Shown here in pieces: positions 57,471-64,000 of a DNA stretch of 64,000 bases. Made by a program: the position numbers and the translations under genes. Position 1 is the stretch's first letter, and each line of letters begins with the position of its first letter. The notes below the pieces were generated by a model. The model saw nothing but the letters and a program-made list of their open reading frames with translations. It was not told the origin of the DNA and ran no database searches. Origin of the DNA: Bacillota bacterium (GTDB lineage Bacteria; Bacillota; Sulfobacillia; RBS10-35; Bu92); assembly GCA_014896375.1 (NCBI GenBank), contig JADBKN010000001.1:274-64273 (forward strand), in the 5' to 3' direction.

Positions 57471-58751
57471 TTGCTCACCTCGAGGCCGCGGGGCACGGCC
57501 GACATCGTCCCGCCGGACACCGCGCGCTGGCAGTGGCTGGAGTCCCTCGCGCGGGATGTCTGCCGCGTCTACGGCTACTTCGAGATCCGCACACCCACCT
57601 TCGAACACTCGGAGCTCTTCCACCGCGGCGTGGGCGACACCTCGGACATCGTGGAGAAGGAGACGTACACGTTCGAGGACCGCGGCAAGCGCAGCCTCAC
57701 GCTCCGCCCGGAGGGCACGGCCAGCGTGGTGCGCGCCTACCTGGAGAACGGCCTGCACAACCGTCCGCAGCCCGTGAAGCTCTACTACCTCTCCCTGCCC
57801 ATCTTCCGGTACGAGAAGCCTCAGGCCGGACGGCTGCGGGAGCATCACCAGTTCGGCGTGGAGGCCCTGGGCAGCGACGACCCGCACCTTGACGCGGAGG
57901 TCATCGCGCTGTCGCTGGACTTCGTCCGGCGGGCCGGCCTCACGCAGTTGGACCTGAGACTCAACAGCATCGGCTGCCCGGCCTGCCGGCCGCGTTACCG
58001 CGAGGTGCTGGTGGAGTACTACCGCGGCCATACCGGCGAGATGTGCGCGGACTGCCGCCGCCGGCTGGAGCGCAACCCGCTGCGTCTCCTGGACTGCAAG
58101 ACGGATCGCGCGCTGGCCGCCGCGGCGCCGCGCTCGCTGGACTTCCTCTGTGAGGCCTGCCGCGCGCACTTCGACGGCTTGAAAGCGGCGCTTGAGGAGC
58201 TGGGCATCGGCTACACCGTGGATCCCACCCTGGTGCGCGGCCTCGACTACTACACGCGCACCGTCTTCGAGTTCACGCACGGCGCCCTGGGCGCCCAGAA
58301 CGCGCTCTTCGGAGGCGGGCGCTACGACGGCCTGGCGGAGACCCTCGGCGGCCCACGCGTGCCCGGCGTGGGCTTCGGGCTGGGCATGGAGCGGCTGCTA
58401 GGCGCGCTCGCGGGGGAGGGGCGCCTCCCGGAGGCGGAGACGGGCGTGACGGCGTTCGTCATCGCCGCGGACGGAGCGCGCGCGCGCGCCCTGCCGCTCG
58501 TGCAGCGGCTGCGCGCGGCCGGCGTGGCCGCCGACATGGACTTCCTCGACCGCAGCTTCCGCGCGCAGTTCAAGGCGGCCGCGCGCTACCCGGCGCACTT
58601 CGCCGTCATCCTGGGCGAGGCGGAGCTGGCGGCGGGAGCGGCGGCCGTTAAGGACCTGGAGCGCGGAGTCCAGGAGACGGTGCCCCTCGACGATCTGGCG
58701 GAATACCTGCGCCGGCGCGCACCGCGGAGCGGTCCGCAGGCCGGCGCTTAG
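57471..58751 (+). CDS. hisS: Histidine--tRNA ligase
   Basis: Class II motifs (YFEIRTPTFEHSELF, DIVEKETYTFEDRGKRSLTLRPEGTA, GGGRYDGL). TTG start after GGGGGTG. 426 aa. Confidence 0.9.
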   Translation: MLTSRPRGTADIVPPDTARWQWLESLARDVCRVYGYFEIRTPTFEHSELFHRGVGDTSDIVEKETYTFEDRGKRSLTLRPEGTASVVRAYLENGLHNRPQPVKLYYLSLPIFRYEKPQAGRLREHHQFGVEALGSDDPHLDAEVIALSLDFVRRAGLTQLDLRLNSIGCPACRPRYREVLVEYYRGHTGEMCADCRRRLERNPLRLLDCKTDRALAAAAPRSLDFLCEACRAHFDGLKAALEELGIGYTVDPTLVRGLDYYTRTVFEFTHGALGAQNALFGGGRYDGLAETLGGPRVPGVGFGLGMERLLGALAGEGRLPEAETGVTAFVIAADGARARALPLVQRLRAAGVAADMDFLDRSFRAQFKAAARYPAHFAVILGEAELAAGAAAVKDLERGVQETVPLDDLAEYLRRRAPRSGPQAGA

Positions 58752-58765
58752 GCGGAGGAACGCGG

Positions 58766-60580
<1,815 letters not shown>

Positions 60581-60654
60581 GGCGGCGCTGCCGGGAGCCG
60601 CCGCGGCGGCCGCGGCCGCGCCGCCATCCGCGGCTGCACGGCGCATGGCGGTGC

Positions 60655-60915
60655 CGTACAATGGAGCAAGATAGAGCGCGCCCCCCCGGAGCGCACCCTG
60701 CTGTGTGCGTGACGGAGCCGATGTTTGTTTTGAACCAACACCAAAACAAAGGGAGCCTGGACTCCGCCCGGAGCGGGCAGGCCGCGGAGCACGGCGGAAG
60801 CCTTCAACCGGCGGGAGGGCACCCACCTGCCAGGGGCAGGTTTGAAACCATCGGCGCACGGCACGGTGGGGTTGGATTCACGCGAACGCGCCCGCGAGGG
60901 CGCGTTTCGTGCTAC
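60655..60915 (+). ncRNA. Candidate 6S RNA (ssrS / bsrA-like) or other structured sRNA downstream of aspS
   Basis: TACAAT -10 at about 60654. 5'/3' complementarity (5' CCGATG with 3' CATCGG; 5' GAGCGCGCCC with 3' GGGCGCG). AT-rich hairpin TTGTTTTG-n10-CAAAACAA. Terminal hairpin ACGCGCCC-gcga-GGGCGCGT plus TTTCGTG. In B. subtilis the 6S-1 RNA gene lies directly downstream of aspS. Confidence 0.35.
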
Positions 60916-60925
60916 AAAGGGAAGC

Positions 60926-62224
60926 ATGAGGCGTTACTGGGCCCTCTTCATCCCACTCTCGATCTCGGACATGATCATGATCTCGGCCGGGCCCATCCTG
61001 GCTGCCGGTCTGAGCCGCCTCGACCGCCCGGAGATCTCCCTTGCGGCCTATGGCGTGGCGGAGAGCGTCGCGATCCTCTTTGAGAGCCCGATCATCATGC
61101 TCCTGCACGCCACGACGGCCCTGGCGCGCAGCCGCGCCGCCTTCCGCTCGCTCTTCCGGCACATGCTGGTGCTCGATGCGCTCTTGACGGCGATGACGCT
61201 CGCCTTCGCCTTCATCGACCCGCTCTACCGCCTCTTGTTCCGCACCGCCCTCGGGCTTCCGGAAGAGGTGGCGGCGGCGGCCCGCCCCGCCTTCCAGGCG
61301 ATGGTGCTCTGGCCTGCGGCCATCGGCTGGCGGCGCGTCTTCCAGGGGGCGCTCATCCGGCAGCGGCGCACGGCGCCCGTGGCGTGGGCCAGCTTCGGCC
61401 GCCTCGCGGCGCTGGCCGCGGTGACGGCGGCGGGCGTGGCGCTGCGCGCCGACGGGGCGACGCTGGCCGGCGTGGCGCTGGGGCTCAGCGTCATCGTGGA
61501 GGCGGCGCTCGTCACGGCGTTCGCGCGGCCGGCCATCGCGGCGGAGTGGGAGGAGGAGCCCGGCCGGCCCATCCCCTGGCGCGAGTTCGCCTCCCTCTAC
61601 TGGCCCCTCGCCATGACCAGCATCCTCGTCTTTGTCGGCAAGCCCCTCCTGAGCTCCGGGCTCGCGCGCACGGCCGACGCGCCCCAGGCGCTGGCCCTCT
61701 GGCCCGTCGTCTGGACGAGCACGCTGCTCCTCGCGAACGGCACGCGCATGGTGCAGCAGATCAGCATCACGCAGGTCGAGGGGCCGCGGAGCCTTCGAGA
61801 GGTGGGGCGCTTCGCGTGGAGCGTGGCCGCCGCGTTCGGCGCGCTGCTTCTCATCGTCGCCTGGACGCCGCTCGCGGACGCGTACCTCGCCGGCGCCGTG
61901 GGCCTGCCGGCGGGCCTTTTGCCGCCGGCGGAGCGCGCGCTGCGCATCCTCTGCGCGCTGCCGCTCCTCGTGGCGGCGGAGAACTGGCTGCAGGCGCACC
62001 TCGTGCGCAGCGGGCTCAGCCGGCCGGTGAACACAGGCGCCCTCATCAACGTGGCCGCCACCATGGTGCCGCTCTTCGCTCTCGCACGTTCCTGGCGCGG
62101 GCCGGGGGCCGAGCTGGCGGCATGGTGCGTGCTGGCGGGCTACATGGCGGAGCTGGCGTGGCTCTTCGCGCGCACGCGGCCGGTGGTGCGGCGGCTCTGC
62201 GGCGCGGCGAGCGCAACGGCGTGA
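60926..62224 (+). CDS. MOP/MATE-superfamily membrane transporter (polysaccharide / lipid-II flippase-like or MATE efflux, 12 TM)
   Basis: 432 aa with 12 hydrophobic segments. ATG at 60926 (MRRYWALFIPL...). The specific family cannot be resolved by eye. Confidence 0.65.
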   Translation: MRRYWALFIPLSISDMIMISAGPILAAGLSRLDRPEISLAAYGVAESVAILFESPIIMLLHATTALARSRAAFRSLFRHMLVLDALLTAMTLAFAFIDPLYRLLFRTALGLPEEVAAAARPAFQAMVLWPAAIGWRRVFQGALIRQRRTAPVAWASFGRLAALAAVTAAGVALRADGATLAGVALGLSVIVEAALVTAFARPAIAAEWEEEPGRPIPWREFASLYWPLAMTSILVFVGKPLLSSGLARTADAPQALALWPVVWTSTLLLANGTRMVQQISITQVEGPRSLREVGRFAWSVAAAFGALLLIVAWTPLADAYLAGAVGLPAGLLPPAERALRILCALPLLVAAENWLQAHLVRSGLSRPVNTGALINVAATMVPLFALARSWRGPGAELAAWCVLAGYMAELAWLFARTRPVVRRLCGAASATA

Positions 62225-62252
62225 GGCGCGCGGAAAGGAGCAAGGCGACCCC

Positions 62253-63143
62253 ATGACGGACGGCGGAACGGCGCCGGTGGCGATCCAAGGCGACCGCGGC
62301 TGCAACTCGGAGGCCGCAGCGCGCCGGGCGTTCGGCGAGGCGGTGGAGATCCTCACCTGCCGCACGCTCCAGGACGTGTTCGAGGAGCTCGCGGCTGGGC
62401 ACGCGGCGTTCGCCGTGGTGCCCGTGGAAAATTCCACGGCCGGCAGCGTGGTCGACACGTACGACCTTCTTTGGGAGCACTCGCCGGCGGTCGTGGGGGA
62501 GGTCGTGCTCCGCGTGCGGCACGCGCTCATGGCCCTACCGGGGGTGCGGCTGGAGGAGGTGCGGCGCGTCGTCTCCCACCCGCAGGCGCTGGCGCAGTGC
62601 CGCCGCTTCCTGCGGGCGCTCGGCGCGGAGGCGGTGCCGGCCTGGGACACGGCCGGCAGCGCGCGGTGGATCGCGGAGCGGGGCGAGCGCGACGCGGCCG
62701 CGCTCGCGCCGCCGCTGGCGGCGGCCATCCATGGTCTCGAGGTCCTGGCGGACGGCGTGGAGGACGCGCCGGGGAACGCGACGCGCTTCCTCGTCCTGGC
62801 GCGGGCGGACGGCGCGGGAGGCGGCGCCGGTGCATGGGGCGGAGCCGGCGCCGCGGGCGGCGCCAAGACGACGGTCGGCTTCGTCACCGAGCACCGCCCC
62901 GGCGCCCTGTACGAGGCGCTCGGGTCCTTCGCGCGCCACGGGCTGAACCTCACAAAGATCGAATCCCGCCCGGACCCCGCCCACCCCTGGCATTTCCGCT
63001 TCTTCGCGGACGTGGCCGGCGACGCGCAAAAGTCTCCGCTGCGCGAGGCGCTCGCCGAGCTGCGCGCCGCCTGCCGCGAGGTCCGCGTCTTCGGCAGCTA
63101 CGCGGCCTGGCCTGAAGATCAGGGCCCCGCCGCCACCACCTGA
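62253..63143 (+). CDS. pheA: Prephenate dehydratase (PDT domain plus ACT domain)
   Basis: PDT domain (VAIQGDRGCNSEAA..., VPVENSTAGSV), ACT domain with the ESRP motif (LTKIESRPDPAHPWHFRFFADV). Gly/Ala-rich insert between the domains. Confidence 0.9.
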   Translation: MTDGGTAPVAIQGDRGCNSEAAARRAFGEAVEILTCRTLQDVFEELAAGHAAFAVVPVENSTAGSVVDTYDLLWEHSPAVVGEVVLRVRHALMALPGVRLEEVRRVVSHPQALAQCRRFLRALGAEAVPAWDTAGSARWIAERGERDAAALAPPLAAAIHGLEVLADGVEDAPGNATRFLVLARADGAGGGAGAWGGAGAAGGAKTTVGFVTEHRPGALYEALGSFARHGLNLTKIESRPDPAHPWHFRFFADVAGDAQKSPLREALAELRAACREVRVFGSYAAWPEDQGPAATT

Positions 63144-64000
63144 GGGCTCGGGCGGTAGGTGTCGATGCCGAGGTCGCGGATTTCGTCGCCCTCCGGACGG
63201 TGGATGATGAGCCAGCTGTGCACGGTCACGCCGTCCTGACCGGCCGCGACCGTCTTACGGATGCCGCTCGGCAGGTCCGGGTCCGTCGTGAACTCCACCG
63301 TCTTCGGGTAGGTGGCGAGGATCTCGTGGCGCCACGTCACCTGGGGCGGTCGCTCGGCGCCGTAGATGGCGATCGTCAGCTTGCGGTCCTCCGCCGCCGC
63401 GCGGATGAGCACGGGCGCTTGGGTGTCGTTGCGGAAGCGGAAGTCGAGGCCGTACGTATCGGTGACGGTCGCGTCCTGCCCGGGCGGCAGGTAGGGCACG
63501 GTGAGCCCGTGCGCGTGGCGCTCCACCACCTCGAGATCGGCGAGGACGACGGCGTTGTAGAGCGTCGAGGCGCCCTGGCAGACGCCGCCGCCGATGGACG
63601 GGACGATGCGCGCTCCCACGAACATGCGCCCCATGCCGAAGCCGTTCGCCCGCGTGTATGGCCCCACCGTGCGGTTGTAGGAGAAGATCGCGCCGGGCGG
63701 CACGACCGTGCCGTTCAGCCGGCGCGCCGCGAGGGCGATGTTGTCGGCCTGACTGGGGGTCGCGTGGGAGAAGTCCGTCGTGTAGGCGCCCATGAGGTAG
63801 GAAAGGCCGAGTTCCTGGAGGCGCTGGCTCAAGGCCGTGTCGTCCGGGATGAAGACGCCGTGCGCCTCGGCCGCCCCGGCCGCGCCGCTGCCGGAGCCGG
63901 CGGCCGCGCCCGCGGCCGATCCCGGCCCGGGCGCCGCGGCAGCCGGCCCGCCGGCGCCCGCGCCCGGCGCGGACGGCGCCCGCGCGGCGCGGTCGACGGC
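63119..64000 (-). CDS. VanW family protein (5' end beyond the window; reading frame is open to the edge)
   Basis: VanW domain (NIALAARRLNGTVVPPGAIFSYNRTVGPYTRANGF...GGGVCQGASTLYNAV). The ORF-track 'M' at 63832 is a TTG inside a frame that stays open to position ~64000. Confidence 0.75.
   Translation of the reverse strand, partial: AVDRAARAPSAPGAGAGGPAAAAPGPGSAAGAAAGSGSGAAGAAEAHGVFIPDDTALSQRLQELGLSYLMGAYTTDFSHATPSQADNIALAARRLNGTVVPPGAIFSYNRTVGPYTRANGFGMGRMFVGARIVPSIGGGVCQGASTLYNAVVLADLEVVERHAHGLTVPYLPPGQDATVTDTYGLDFRFRNDTQAPVLIRAAAEDRKLTIAIYGAERPPQVTWRHEILATYPKTVEFTTDPDLPSGIRKTVAAGQDGVTVHSWLIIHRPEGDEIRDLGIDTYRPSPQVVAAGP

Noticed and set aside
57006-58751. Long 581-aa version of the hisS ORF starting at 57006
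   Set aside because: The first 155 codons overlap the DUF4363 gene and the hairpin-rich leader and do not align with HisRS. TTG at 57471 with an SD gives a canonical 426-aa HisRS.
60581-60925. Guanidine-I / guanidine-II riboswitch upstream of the MATE-like transporter
   Set aside because: ACGG- and GGGAG-containing loops are present, but they do not reproduce the ykkC or mini-ykkC consensus closely enough. The 6S-RNA-by-synteny interpretation is favoured, and both remain unverified.

Overview
This is a roughly 72% GC chromosomal window carrying about 60 genes on both strands. Most are housekeeping genes, and the order recJ - relA - dtd - hisS - aspS matches the Bacillus-type arrangement, which points to a high-GC Firmicute (Symbiobacterium / Thermaerobacter / Limnochorda-like).

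Recognisable genes include an RND efflux pump (5' truncated), an S9 peptidase, yigZ, mtgA, rqcH, dedA, wrbA, a bactofilin, apbE with a ferric-reductase-like membrane partner, a dsbA-like oxidoreductase and a pirin. Further along are a doxX/hxlR pair with an ABC transporter (ATPase plus two FtsX permeases), a SERCA-like P-type ATPase, dapF-dapL, an MNT/HEPN pair, thyA-folA, a YojF-BshB2 fusion, murD and a lapA-like gene. The window ends with ccmH-ccmF with suhB and a coupled secreted protein downstream on the minus strand, a DUF1657 / YetF(DUF421) / DUF4363 sporulation-type cluster, a MATE-like transporter, pheA and a VanW-like gene (5' truncated).

The main candidate for a previously undescribed system is at 33.2-38.9 kb. 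Two Firmicute-type LexA (Cheo) boxes flank a TTGACC-N18-TATACT promoter in front of a catalytically dead Y-family polymerase (ImuB-like). It is followed by two unrecognised small proteins (96 aa, and a 147 aa highly acidic protein), then the error-prone DnaE2. No ImuA is present. So this looks like an SOS mutasome cassette with novel accessory factors.

Running on directly on the same strand is a ChlI/BchI-type AAA+ ATPase, with its Cys-rich insert (CLYNCDPDAPHCPDH, aligning with the C-x-x-C-D-P region of ChlI/BchI) present, plus a roughly 250 aa disordered tail. It is translationally coupled to a wHTH + VWA (ChlD-like) protein. No ChlH/CobN is present, so this is an orphan chelatase-like motor pair of unknown function.

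Other notable points:
- A remnant glycosylation locus (frameshifted GtrA-like gene plus a truncated GT4).
- A 19-bp motif shared upstream of wrbA and of hxlR/doxX.
- A roughly 20-bp motif (TATCGGT..ACATAACGCC) in three copies, embedded in two homologous ~110-bp intergenic elements upstream of the P-type ATPase and of imuB.
- A candidate 6S RNA downstream of aspS and a putative T-box leader before hisS.
- Very frequent translational coupling through TTG/GTG starts that overlap the upstream stop.
- Many proteins carry Gly/Ala/Pro-rich inserts encoded by GC-rich tandem repeats.

Coordinates read from the line labels may be off by 1 relative to the ORF track.
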